Shown here: positions 9,801 through 22,253 of the stretch, in pieces
Layout of the letters: the number at the start of each line of letters is the position of its first letter
Numbering within the stretch: position 1 is the stretch's first letter
Origin: a virus
Lineage: Duplodnaviria; Heunggongvirae; Uroviricota; Caudoviricetes
Direction: 5' to 3' (one strand)
IMG/VR virus record: IMGVR_UViG_3300035520_000451
Length of the DNA: 25,638 nucleotides
Notes under the pieces: generated by a model
The model's input: only the letters and a program-made list of their open reading frames with translations
Database searches by the model: none
Told to the model about the DNA's origin: nothing
Program-made: the position numbers and the translations under genes

Positions 9801-11361
9801 GATAAATATCTTGAATTCTGCCGCTTAGAAGAGGGATCTTCTTTGAGAAAATCGAGCAAAATCGGAGAAAGCTGGGATGCTAATTCCGAGGTAAATTCCG
9901 AAATTACGAAAGGTTCGGAATCACTGTAGAGCGTAGAGAATGAATAAATATAATTTCTCCAAGAGTGTTCGACACCCAGAACGGGTGAAAAAGTACGCCG
10001 AACTTACATGAAATGAAATGTAAGAAGTATAGATAAAAAGCTATACGATAACAAATTTGGGAGACTCCGGCCCGGCTTTAGAAGGACTTAGAACTATCTA
10101 TGAAAAACCTTTAGGATATGATGTATTGCCCTTTAAACATAACTATACAACTACTGGAGAATATGCTTTAACTGGATATTTTATTCCTGCTTTCACTATT
10201 GTAAATGTGGAAGGTTATATGGATAGCAGAGGTTATACTAATCCAGAAAAAGGACGGGAATATTATGATAATGAAAGAGCAAAACTAGCTAATGATCCAA
10301 AAGCATTGGTTATTTATGCTGCTGAGTATTGCTATACTGCTGAAGAGGGATTCTCTTAGGAAGGTGATAATAAATTTAATAAAGTAAATATAGCAGAACA
10401 AATAACACAAGTTAGTATTCTTAAAAGAGGCCCCAAGATTGAAACTGGAAATCTTGAATACATCTTTAAGGAAGGTTAGCATATACAAGAAAATATAACT
10501 GGATTCTAGTGGAAACCCAATCCCGCTGGAAAAATAAAAATATTAGAACATCCTTTATGGACTCTGGAAGCTGAAACAGATCCAGAAACAGGAGAAGTAA
10601 TAAGATAGAAAGTATCAGAAATGAGAGGTTTATATGTAATAGGTATTGACGGTATTGATATTGGCGCGAGTCAAACTTCTGAATATACTAAAGATCCATC
10701 TGATTTCTGTTTAGTTGTTAAGAAAAGAGTATATGGTTTGTAGGATCCTCAATACGTGGCTATATATAAGGATAGACCAAACGATATACGAGATGCTTAT
10801 AAGACAGCTATTAAATTAGCTTAGTATTATAATGCAGTAATTAACATTGAAGCAACTAGAATGAGCCTAGTCAATTGGGCTAGAGATCATAAATATTTAT
10901 CTTATTTTATTAAACGTCCTAGAGCTACTTTAACTGATATAGCTCGAGGAAAATCTAATCAATATGGTACTCCTGCAACATAGGCAATTATTGCACATCA
11001 AACTGACTTAATTGCAGACTTTGTTAATGATTATTGCCATACTATATGGTTCCCAGAAATACTTGATGAACTTAATCGTTATAATGATTAGAATAAACGT
11101 AAGTTCGATATTGTAGCAGCTTTAGGTATGGCAGAACTTGCCGACGAAGAATTAACTGGTACTACTCCAAAGCAAGTAGAAAAGGAACAAGAAGAATGGT
11201 ATGATATTGGATATTATATTGATGAAAATGGCTATAAAAGAAGGGGAAGAATCCCTAGAAATAGATAGCAGATACTAGTAACTAATAAATTTAATGAATA
11301 TGATGACTACGCTGTCCATAGAACAAGCGATCCTAGAAGCCGTTAGGGATATTTATCATAA
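6864..11361 (+). CDS. terL: Terminase large subunit; join(6864..7457, 8309..9799, 10060..11361); 1128-aa precursor, ~775 aa after intein removal
   Basis: Splicing restores Walker A KARGVG|FSE, Walker B LLIYEEGG|SW and the coupling motif GGTG|GDSG. C-terminal nuclease motifs YVIGIDGID, NIEAT and KFDIVAA. About 28 in-frame TAG. Confidence 0.93.
7458..8308 (+). mobile_element. Group I intron 1 in terL (851 nt, ORF-containing)
   Basis: Exon ends in U paired to G in P1 (AGUCGGU/GCCGACU). P3 UUCCGUA/UAUGGAA; P7 ACGCGUA/UACGCU; P8 and two P9 hairpins; terminal G. Removal restores the frame and Walker A. Confidence 0.9.
7623..8252 (+). CDS. Intron-encoded NUMOD4-HNH-NUMOD1-type homing endonuclease (173 aa to TAG 8144; 209 aa to TGA 8252 if TAG=Gln)
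   Basis: YAISNYGNV; HRLVA..FI.NP..KPYVNHKDGNKHNNNVDNLEWVT..EN..HA; C-terminal FESLSECARYF helix-turn-helix. Confidence 0.9.
8645..9703 (+). mobile_element. Class 1 intein with LAGLIDADG endonuclease in TerL, 353 aa
   Basis: Starts CHAPGTKVIMYDG and ends YYGFSLDGNQLFLLEDFTVCHN|S. Motifs FGFWLGDG and LAGLIDSDG; 8 TAG. Confidence 0.92.
9800..10059 (+). mobile_element. Group I intron 2 in terL (260 nt, ORF-less)
   Basis: P1 CGGU|AGA/UCUGCCG with U.G; P3 UCGAGCA/UGUUCGA; P7 GAGCGUA/UACGCC; P8 CACCC/GGGUG; terminal G. Colinear with the intron 1 core. Confidence 0.9.
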
Positions 11362-11611
11362 GGAGTATGTGGGTAAATTAAAAGTGAATAAATTACCTAA
11401 AGGATACTAGTTACTGATGTGGTTTAATAAACCTGAACATCCGATAGCTATATCTGCGGAAATGGATGCTCAGCATTTTATTAAATTTATCAAAAAGGAA
11501 CTAAGAGAGCGACATTTTGAATTTGTATCTTATTTTACAGGATACAAATATGACCCAGAAGATTTATGTAACCAAAATATAAGTAATTCATGTAGTTGTA
11601 ATGACAAATGA
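11300..11611 (+). CDS. Hypothetical protein between terL and portal, ~103 aa
   Basis: MMTTLSIEQAILEAVRDIYHKEYVGKLKV...; 1 TAG; overlaps the terL 3' end by 62 nt. The start could be 11294, 11300 or 11303. Confidence 0.75.
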
Positions 11612-13787
11612 CGAATTAATTGATAAAACGGACAAAGCAATAACTGAACTTGTTTATCCTAAATGGGATTTGTAGAAGGCTTACAATTACTATAATGGGG
11701 TACGAGATGAAGAATAGTTTAGATATTTAGAAGATAATTATGGGATAGGAAATCCTACATCATTAGAATTTACTCCATTAATTAAAAAGCACATAGATGC
11801 TTTAATTGGAGAGTATCTTGGAACCCCAATCATTCCAAAGGTTTACTGTAAAGATTCTGAGACATTAAATAATATTGAAAGAGACAAGCAATTAAAGATT
11901 TTACAGGAGCTTCATACTTATCTATATAACCGTTTAAAAAATGATATTCTCAATTTTAAAAACGGTAAAGATACTACAGACACTCTAATTGAACAAAACT
12001 TAAATAGAATAGTGGAAGATATAAACACTAATTTTATTTCCGAGTATGAAATTGCTTCTTAGAATGTAATAGAATATATAATGCAATCTCGTGATACTGA
12101 TATGCTTACAGTTCTTAGAGATTTATTGCTTGATCTTTTAATTACAGGTTATACTTTTTATAGAGTAATACCTACTGTAGAAAATAACAATGTTAGAATT
12201 GAGGCACTTAGTCCCTTAAATGTTTTCCCAGATAGAAATTTTGAATCTCCTTATATTAAGAATTCATACAGAGTTGTGGTGAGAAAGTGGATGAATAAAA
12301 CATAGATTTTAAATCTCTATGGTAGGGAGTTATCAAAAGAAGATATAGAACTTATTAAAGATAAGTGGGAAACCGTTTATGATGAAGCTACTTACTATGT
12401 TAGAAATGTAGCAAATCATGGAATCCCCTCTACTGATGGTATCAAAGCTGGAAAAGAATTAATTGTGCCAGGTTATCCATCAAATACTTCTGGAAAGTAT
12501 CATGATCTTATTCCTGTATATGAAGTAGAATGGATTGAAACTGATGAAGACTTTGTGATGCAGCGTTATGAAACCATTAGAATTGGGGAAAGTGTCTATA
12601 TTTTAAAAGGTAAAAACGAGAAAGTAACAAGAAGTCGGTCTAATCCTTCTTATTGTGGTTTATCGGTTAATGGAGTATATTTTTTAAATAGAGGATCGGA
12701 ACCATATTCTTTAGTTTTAGCTTGCACTCATTTATAGGATAAATACGATATATTACATTTCTATAGAGATAATTTAATTGCTAATAGTGGCTCTATTGGT
12801 GATTTTATTGATGTCTCTATGCTTCCTAATTTCTTAGGACATGATACAGCCGAAAAGCTGGAAAAATATATAGCATATAAAAAGACTGGTATCGCGCCGA
12901 TTGATACTTCTTAGGAAGGTAGATTAGGTTCTGGGCAAGCTCCTATTAATACTATATTTAATGGTTATGATGATACTGTAAAAGTATAGGCTATTCAAGC
13001 TATACAATTAGCAATAGACCAAGTGGAACAAGTGGCTTCTTCTATTACTGGAGTATTTAGAGAACGATTAAATGGAATTGAACAAAAAGATGCTGTAACT
13101 AATGTTAAAATAGGATAGAATAATTCATTTATAATTACTAAACAATATTATCATTAGATGGATTTAATTGTAAATGAAATGCTTCTAGATTGTTTAAATC
13201 TTGCCAAAGTTGTTTGGAAGAAGGGTTTAACTGGAACTTTAATATTAGGAGAAAAGTATCAAAAAGTATTTACAGCATTACCCGAATACTTTACAGTAAC
13301 GGATCATGATATACGAATTACTACGAGTAGCGATGTAATAAAGGATTTGGAATATATTAAATCTATTCTTCCAGACTTTATTAAAAATGGATCTATGGCT
13401 CCAGATGTTATATTTGAAGCTTTAACTTGTAAAAGTATTACTGATATTAAATTGCTTGTTAAGAAAGCAATGCAAAAACAAAAAGATGAAAATAATCAAT
13501 TATAGCAATAGTAGAAATAGATTGAGGAACTTACTCAATAGATGAAACAAGCTCAATCACAACTTTCAAAAGCCCAAAATAAAATTGAACAACTCAACCA
13601 AGAAAAATTACAATTAGAATCTCAGAAATTACAAATGGAGAATAAGGTTGAGTGGTATAAAGCACAAACCGATAGACAATATAAAGAGGCTATGATTGAT
13701 GAAGCTAAACGTAGAACACAGGTTGAAATCTTGCAATTGCATGATGGAAATCCATATAATGATAAATTAAGACAAGTTGATTTATGA
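11601..13787 (+). CDS. Portal protein, 728 aa
   Basis: Four track ORFs lie in one frame joined by TAG. AYNYYNG, PLIKKHIDALIGE, ITGVFRERLNGI and a Gln-rich C-terminal coiled coil; position after terL. Confidence 0.85.
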
Positions 13788-14515
13788 GTTTAACATTTAG
13801 TATATATTAGAATAACACATGTTCAATTACTCTAACAGGAGCTCCTAAGGAATTTTATTTAGAAGATAGTTCTACTATATAGCCTTACAATCAATTTAAA
13901 TATAAAGATACTGCTGCTGTTACTATAATAGAACTAAATAAATTACAAGAATCAAAGATAGTAGATAGTTATATAATAGACCATAATAAAGAATCGGACG
14001 ATTTAAAATATACCTTTACGCATGATGGTTATCATATTGTTTATTATATAGTATTACCAACTAAAGAATGTATTGATAAAATAATAGCATCAGATGATTC
14101 TATTCTAGAATACTATGATACAATATATGCTATAGATGGGAATTCTATTTTAAAAATGAATAATGATGAAAATTGGGTAACAGTTGAAATTGATGAATTA
14201 TTGCGTAATCCTTCTAATACAAATATAAATATAATTTCCAAAGAAGTATTTTCAATTTGCTTTTTATGGGAATGTTATATAAATTATTGTAAAGAAATCT
14301 TATCAAGTAAACTTTCAAAATGTTCTACTTTATCAGACGATGCTAAATTTAATAGGGATGTAGTATGGATGGCTATTAATGTAATTAAATACTATTTAGA
14401 TAAAGAAGATTACGAAAGTGCTGAATAGGTACTAGAAGAAATAACTGGATGTAATGGATTCTGCAGTAATACCGAATCTACTAATAAAAAAGGAGGATGT
14501 GGATGTGGAAGATAA
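13784..14515 (+). CDS. Putative virion structural protein with Cys-rich C-terminus, 243 aa
   Basis: ATGA overlap with the portal gene; 3 TAG; ends GCNGFC...GGCGCGR. Confidence 0.7.
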
Positions 14516-16406
14516 AATTATCCAAGAATACAAGGAATTTATAAAACGCTTATATAAAGGATATAAAGAAGATTACGATGACATTTTAGATGATATATGT
14601 TGTTTAGATGTTCTATATGGTAGTCGTCTTATCTATTATAAATAGCCTGATTCAGAATTCCCAACATTAGTTATTTCTGCTGATGGTACATTATAGGAAA
14701 ACAAAGAAGGTAACATTTTAATTACTGTAAATACTTCAGCAACAGCTTCCTATATTAGAATATACGGAAAACAGAATTCTCTAGAATAGATATTATTAGA
14801 TTAGGTACAAAATATTGATTATTACAATAATAATGTGTATATTACACCTACAGAACATGGGACATACACTATATTAGTAGAAGCTTCTATTAATGGATCT
14901 ATTATTAGTAAAACTGTAAATTTAATTATAAAAGACAATACGGAAGTTCCAATAATTAATGTTGACGTAGATAATGGAATACTTATAGCTGATGAATATA
15001 ATACAATTGCTGTAAGTGTGGATTCCAATTAGGTTATGCAATATATTACAATTACTGGAGAGAACAATACCACTTTGTATAAAGGTAGTGTTTATGGTAC
15101 TACTTTTACTGGAAATATATTTATAAAACCAGATGCTGATGCTTCTGAATATTCTGTTAAAGTATAGGTATCGATAGGTAATAGTGTATATACTAGAAAT
15201 TTATTATTAACAGTTAAATAGAAACCTTCTTTAAATATCTTAGTAGATCCTTCTAGTTTATATGTAGACGAAAGCAACAGTACTTAGATAATTGTCAAGT
15301 TTACTGGTTAGGCTAATCCATTAACTATTGTTGCAGATTATGGGGATACCCAAAGTATTCTATATTCTACTATTGCTAATAATGGATATTCTGGTACTTT
15401 TAATTTAACTCCTCAAGAAGTTGGAGATGTTATTATTATAGCTACTGCAAATATAGATAATATAGAAGTTAGTAAATCTATAAGTATACCAGCAATTATT
15501 AGAGAAAACGTAGACTTTACTTATACTGTAAATCCGGATACAGCACAACCTATTGTTATAGGAGAAACTAATATTAGATCAATTTCTGTAGATAGTGACT
15601 TCAATATTAAATATTTAACCATATCTATTATTGGTAAAGATAATGTCGAAATTACATCTGAAAGTTATACTGTAGATAGTAATTCTTGTATAGAACATAT
15701 TCAATTTATTCCTACTAATACTGTTTCTGGATTTTATAGTCTCAAAATATCTGCTACATTAGGAAATAGTTTACAAACTGTTACTAAAACTCAATAGTTA
15801 AGCAGTATTGCTTCTGGAGATATTCTATTTACTGCGGACACTGATAATTTAATTTTAAATTAGGATAATACAGTTACTTTAACTATAGATGGTGTTTCAA
15901 ATATTACAGCATTAGATATTACCGGAATTCTTAATAACAACTCTTCTGTTTTAGTTAAACAGAATAATGCTTCTGGAATAAAAACTACTAATACTGTAAC
16001 TGTTAATCCTAATATAACAGGGGATTATACTTTTATAGCAACTATTACAACTAATGGAGTAATATATACTAGAAAAATAGTTATACCTGTGACTGCAGTA
16101 GTTCAAAATTATATAATGATTATCGGAAACGGATAGGATTTAGAAGAAGCCCTAACTAATGGGGTTACTTATAAGAATGATGATATTGATGGCAATAAGA
16201 ATGTTACTTATAATTACGGAGATAGGGTTTATTTTATAGTAAGTGAAAATATTGATTTGTCTAGTGAAACCAGTGTTACTGCAAATGGATTTGTAGTGCC
16301 TAAAGAAATAGCAGACGATGAAACAAAAGATGGGTACATAGTATGGAGAACTGATCAATTTAGAGCTGGTTCAGATGTATTCGTTATTAAAGCAATAAAG
16401 AAATAA
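14505..16406 (+). CDS. Fibre/decoration protein with five tandem Ig-like repeats, ~633 aa
   Basis: One frame with TAG=Gln to TAA 16406. Helical ~45-aa N-terminus, then five ~95-aa beta-rich repeats ending I.P...G.Y.I...A.I.G. Start uncertain (GTG 14499/14505 or ATG 14454). Confidence 0.72.
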
Positions 16407-16408
16407 AT

Positions 16409-16873
16409 ATGGCATCTAAAGAGATAAAAGTTTATGGGGAATTAGTATCTCAAACTTTATCTGGAAAAACAGTAGATACCGATAATGTAATAGACGAAAC
16501 TATGAATATGAATCAGACAGAGATAAACTAGGCTCTGTCTGATTCTATTGACGATTTAACAAATTCTGTTGATAATCTGAAAAGTTTTGGATCTAATTTA
16601 CAAGTTCAATTATATACTGATGTAGGTAATTTCCTAGTATATCCAGACGAGGAAGTAACTATCTATGCAGCAGTATATTCACTTGGAGAAGATATTACAG
16701 ATTCTTTACCTATAACTTGTTTTAGATGGGAAAGGGTATCTAAGGATACAGAGGGAGATACAATTTGGAATAACTAGAGTGAACATAACAATACTAAATC
16801 TGTTGTGGTAACGGCAGATGAAATTTAGAAGAAAGCATAGTTTATATGCTATGTAAAACCAATAGAAAGCTAA
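16409..16873 (+). CDS. Tail-fibre-associated protein with C-terminal Ig-like domain, 154 aa
   Basis: 4 TAG. Short coiled coil, then FRWERVSKD..GD..WN...VT...AQFICYV. Confidence 0.7.
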
Positions 16874-16874
16874 T

Positions 16875-17051
16875 ATGGCAGAAGATTGTTTAAAAGGATA
16901 GATTACACTAGTGAATGTTTAGAATTTTGAGGAATATGTAACTACAGACGAACTTACTACTTCATTAAATAAGAAATTTGTAGTTATTTCTGAAGATGAA
17001 TACAATTCGATAGATCCTGATGCAGACACATTTTATTTTATAAAGAAATGA
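16875..17051 (+). CDS. Small fibre adaptor-like protein, 58 aa
   Basis: MAEDCLKG(Q)ITLVNV(Q)N...VISEDEYNSIDPDADTFYFIKK; abuts both neighbours. Confidence 0.65.
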
Positions 17052-17197
17052 GAATAGCAATAGGAGATATATAGTGTAAGGCTTTATATTTAGGAAATAT
17101 ACTAATATGGGCTATTACCGAAGAAGGGGACTAGTACTTAAATGGTGAGTGGATAGATTCCTTAGTTTGGGAAGATGCCGAAACATGGATTGAATAA
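17048..17197 (+). CDS. Small Trp-rich adaptor-like protein, 49 aa
   Basis: ATGA overlap; MRIAIGDI(Q)CKALYLGNILIW...WIDSLVWEDAETWIE. Confidence 0.65.
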
Positions 17198-17199
17198 AA

Positions 17200-20100
17200 A
17201 TGGCAGTTAATTTTTTAGATACTTGGGATGGGGAGAAGCTCTCAGATGTAAGAGCTTTCATTCAAAAACAATTACAAAATGGCTTTGTTAATATTAGCAG
17301 CAGTACTCTTAATGGTAAAGTAGTGCTTACTTTAACTAAAGCCGATGGAACTATTTAGAAAGTAGAATTTACAGCAGCGGAAGATGAAGCAAGTTCTGGT
17401 TATAAGTGTGACTTTAGAATGCAGAAAAAACAATCTGTATATGGTTCAGGCACAGCTATAACCTTTTCATATACTCTTTCACAGACGGATAGTGGAGAGG
17501 ACGTTATTGGTATTGCACCAACAATAACTTTTACGGCATATACAACAGATAGTTTGTTAAATCCTGTTAAATAGTTGTGGACAACTACAATAGTCGATGC
17601 CTCTCAAAACAAAAGTGTTACTATTCCAGCAACTACTTTTGAAAATGTATCAGGTGCAATCCTAATTAAAGGTACTTGTGAAGTAAATTATCAAGGACAA
17701 GAAGTATCAATTAGTCGTTAGATTACTATTAATATAGCAACCTGCGAAATAGACTTTGGATCTTCCTTTGATTTATCTAAGCAAGTACGTGGATATGCTA
17801 CTAATGGTACCTTATCTGAAGTGTTTGTAGATTATGTGGGAACTGAAGATGGGGAGCTGTTACTATACGTTGACGGAGTACTTAGAAGTACTTTCGAAGC
17901 TACTTCTGGTTTAACTACAGAAATCAATTATGATTTATCTGATGCAGGTTTGAACGGTGAGGGGGCTTTAAGTACTGGATTACATTGCGCATAGATTATT
18001 GCTAAAATGTAGGCAGGTACCGATATAGATACTGGTGACCCAATTTATATTTATTCTAAAAGTTTATTATTTGATTTCTACAAAGGATTAACAAATAACC
18101 ACGTTGGAATTAAAATGAATATTGATTCCTCTGATGTTATTGAAGATCCTATAAAATCTTTAACTCTAAATACTCAACAGTATGTAACATCTGTTATAGA
18201 ATATGCAGCTTCTGCGTATGACTCTAGTAGTAAAGATTATAAAGAACTTACAACAGTTGGTATTTCTAAAGATACTACAAATGTAAGTAATTTAGCAGTA
18301 GGAAGTAAAGAAACTTTTAAATATTCTTTTAGAGATACCGCTATTTCTAAATATGTTCTTACTTTTAGCGTTATCGCTCAAAGTAGAATTATAAATATTG
18401 CAGTTGTAAAAAATTCATCTGGAGTTTCAGTTGCTTCAGGAGCTGCAATTGATATTTCAGCAGCAGGTAGAAATAATTAGGAAAATACTTCTACTATTGA
18501 TGTGTGGGAATTTTCAGATAATTCTGGCAAAACTTATACTGGAACTCTAACAAATTTCTTGCATACTGTTGACGATGTTGATATAGATGGCTGGGATGGA
18601 GAAAGTTTAAAATTTAGAGGATCTTCATAGTTAGATCTTCCTTATACTCCTTTTGGTTCATTTAATAAAAATACTGGATATTATATTGAATTTAATATAA
18701 AAGTTGATACAGTTTTAGATGAAGACTAGTATATTTTATCTTGTCTAAATTCAGACAATAAAGGCGGTTTTTATTTAAAAGCAGAAGAGGCAGGTATCAT
18801 AACTACAAATGGTACTACAGTGTTTACACCTATTGCAGCGGGAAATAATTATAATATATCATTTATGATTAAATCCTACACTGGAACAGATAATGGCAGT
18901 ACTGTAACTACAATATTACTTGAATTATTTGTTAATGGTATTAGAAGTGCTGTAGAAACATTTAGTACTAGTGATAGTTTTGATTCTACTGCTACAATTA
19001 CTATGAATGGTTTGGGGGCTATTTGGTACTTTTATGGTATGCGTGTTTACAATTCAACACTCACTCCTTTAGCTATTTATAATAATTATTTAACTACATT
19101 ATTAGACTCGGACTAGATTGTTTCATTGGCAGATGAAAATGATATATTAAATACTGCTAAGAGTGCTGTTAGCTTTGATAAATTAATAAGTAAAGGTAAG
19201 AATGTGTTAGTTGTTGAAACCGGAGATGGAGATGAGAAATGTGTACTTGATAGTGCAGATTCTCTTGGAAAAGTAGTAGATGATTCTTGGGATGGTACTC
19301 CTTTAGAAACTTAGACTATTACTACTAAAACACTTTTCTTAAATCCTTCTTCTAAAAAGAAAGCTAATTTCTTAGTTAAGAGTTTAACATATTATCACAA
19401 TGGCAAACTTACTGATGATAGGTCATTTAAATGTGGGCCGACATTAATGCAAGTTCAAGGTACTTCTAGTACCTATTATTCTAGAAAGAATTACGATATA
19501 TTCTTTACTGGTTAGAAGTACGATAAATCTAATTCTGTCGCAAAATGGACTAGTTATTTTGATCCCAGTGTTGGATCTGATGCAGCTATACAAAATAGAA
19601 ATACTACTAACCCATTATATTCTATGGGTACAAACGATCAAGGAGTTCCTTGTTTGTGTCTAAAAGCTGACTACTCAGATTCTTCTAGTTTGCACAATAC
19701 AGTAGTTACAAAACTTATTAATGATGTATGGTTTGGGCTTGGTTCTAAATATAGAACTCCACCACAATATAATAATGATTCAGAATATCCAGAAGTAAGA
19801 GTTGGTATTGATGGACACCCAATAGATGTGTTTGTTAAAGATGAAAATGGAGATTATACTTACATTGGTAAATACAACATGAATAATGAGAAAAAAGATT
19901 CTCATCATGTATTTGGATTTACTGGTACGGTAGGAAATACAGGAGTAGGTTCTGCTATCTGTATTGAGTTTCTAGAAAATAATAGAACTGCCACTCTTTT
20001 TAATGCAGATTCTTCATTTAATTGGACAACCTGCAGTGATACTGATGACGAATCAGGCGAGGCAATTCCTCAACTTGAATTTCGTTATCCTTCTTACGAC

Positions 20101-22227
20101 TGGGCTGATGCCCCAGATAATTTAAGATCCGCAGCTAAGCGTCCATTTTTATGGGTTAAGAAATGTTACGATTCTTGGAAAGCTTCCTATAGTGAAGCAA
20201 CCGGACAATATACAGATTCTACATTTGTATAGGAATTAACATAGTACTTTAATCCTTATAATTTGTGTGCTTGGTATTTATATACAGATTATTTTATGGC
20301 TGTAGACCAACGCTCTAAGAATATGATGTTAGCAAGTTGGGGAGCAACAGCTGATTCTGGAATATGGTATTTTTTACCATACGATTCAGATACAATTTTA
20401 GCCGTAACTAATGATGGTTGGTTAGTATTGCCTTGGGATTCTGATGAGAATACAAAGAACCCAAAGGATTCTACATAGTATGCTTTCATGGGGCATGATA
20501 GTAATTTATGGGAACTTGTGAGATTTTTCTTATACGATGATACTTATACTAGCAATTCCGAATACGGCTTAGAGGGATGTAACTTACAAACAGTTGCATA
20601 GACTTTACGAGATGAAACTAGTGGTAATACATTATTTAATTTAAAGACTATTAATGCTAGGTTTGCTGAATCTAGAGATTATTGGTCTGATATGATATTT
20701 AACTTTGATGCTGATACTAAATACATTGAACCTTTAACTTATCAAACAGGGCGTGGTTCTAAATCTGATTTTGCATAGTTTGTACAAGGTGCTCGTGATG
20801 CTCATAGAGATTGGCTAATTGATAAACGATTTAGATTACTTGACTCTAAATATGCTGCAGGATATTTCGTATCAGACGAGAAGAACATGAAGTTATCTAA
20901 GGAATAGGGCGTTGCAGCATCAATGAAAGTAACTGCCGCTACTACCGCATATGTATAGTTGATTGCTAATACTACTACAGTTGCTAAAAAGAAATTGGAA
21001 GCTGGAGTAGAAACCGAATTGGATATAACTAATTTTGCATTAGGAAGTAATGACCCCTTTAAATTATAGGGATTTTCAGCTGCTGAATCTATAGATTTTA
21101 ATACTGTTTCAGACTATATCTATAGTGATATATTATTTCCATCTACCTATATTAAACTAAAGACTCTAAAAATAAATGCTACTGATAATACAGCTCTAAG
21201 CACTAATATTGGTGATATAGTAAAACCTCTTACTAATTTAAGAACTTTAGAGCTTTCGGGGCTAAGCAATGCTACTGGAACATTAGATTTATCAAATAAC
21301 ATAATGCTAGAATCAGTTACAGTAGATTGTTCTAAATTATAGGGTATTATAATGCCTTATTCATATTTAAATATAAAGAAGTTTAATGTTGGAAATTTAA
21401 ATGAATTTGTTCCATGGAAATTTTGGGACGAATTAAATGATTATTATTATAAATTAAGAGGTAGTTGTATATTTGTTGCAGAATTAGTTGATAGTGATGC
21501 AACTTATGGATTACATGTGGATAATTCAGACACTTGTTACTATTGTTCTGGTAAATATGTCTTTTATGAATTTCCAAAACCTTCCTTAGGTGGATACTAT
21601 ATAAATGCTCCTGTTGGCTACTTTGGAGCTTCGTATGACGGTAATGCAAGAAATCCTAAAAATTTAAAGAAAATTATTTACGCTAAAGTAGATACTAGAT
21701 TTTACACAGGATCTTGGAAAGCTTCTGCAATGTTCAGTTATTTTTTAGCTAATTGTATTAATCTAGAAAGTGTTAATACTACTGGATTTAGAATTGATCC
21801 TTAGGATAATACTAATAGTCAAGGATATGGAGGTTCTAGAATACTCGAAAATTGTCAAAATCTTACTTCAATTGATCTTAGTTTTATTAAAACCGGATTA
21901 ACAGCAGGTACCGGTTCTTGGACATTATCAAGTGATTGTCTATATGCTAGCTCTCGCCCACAAAATTTAACTTATGTAAGATATGGTTCGGGATGGTTCT
22001 AGCAAACTGTTGAAAACACTTAGAGATCTTATATTTTCACATATGGAACTCAAATGAATGCTTAGCATTATATAGATTTAGCAGAAGATATACCCGATAT
22101 AAGTAATTTAGATATTAATTCCGATTATAAGATATTAAGTATAGGATCAAATTATAATGATGCCACTAAATTTCCAGATGCTATTAAAGAAAAGATTCAA
22201 AATAAAGGTTGGAATGTAATCCAATAA
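17200..22227 (+). CDS. Large multidomain protein, 1675 aa: Ig-like + LamG-like + CotH-kinase-like + LRR
   Basis: Six track ORFs lie in one frame with no TAA/TGA until 22225. QGTSS..Y.RKNY, LKADYSDSS..HN, YIGKYNMN, DQRSKNMM and PYDSDT motifs; LRR units; C-terminal NKGWNV. Confidence 0.8.
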
Positions 22228-22253
22228 TTAATTTTTAAAATTTTTAATTTAAT

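Noticed and set aside
7992-10488. Minus-strand ORFs 7992..8225 and 10285..10488
   Set aside because: Antisense to the HNH/intron core and terL exon 3.
13498-13550. TAG as pyrrolysine or occasional leaky readthrough
   Set aside because: TAG density, including tandem TAG TAG within a Gln-rich tract, fits wholesale Gln reassignment.
14491-14496. AGGAGG Shine-Dalgarno-like sequence
   Set aside because: Explained by the Gly-Gly codons of the overlapping gene, and other starts do not use SD motifs.
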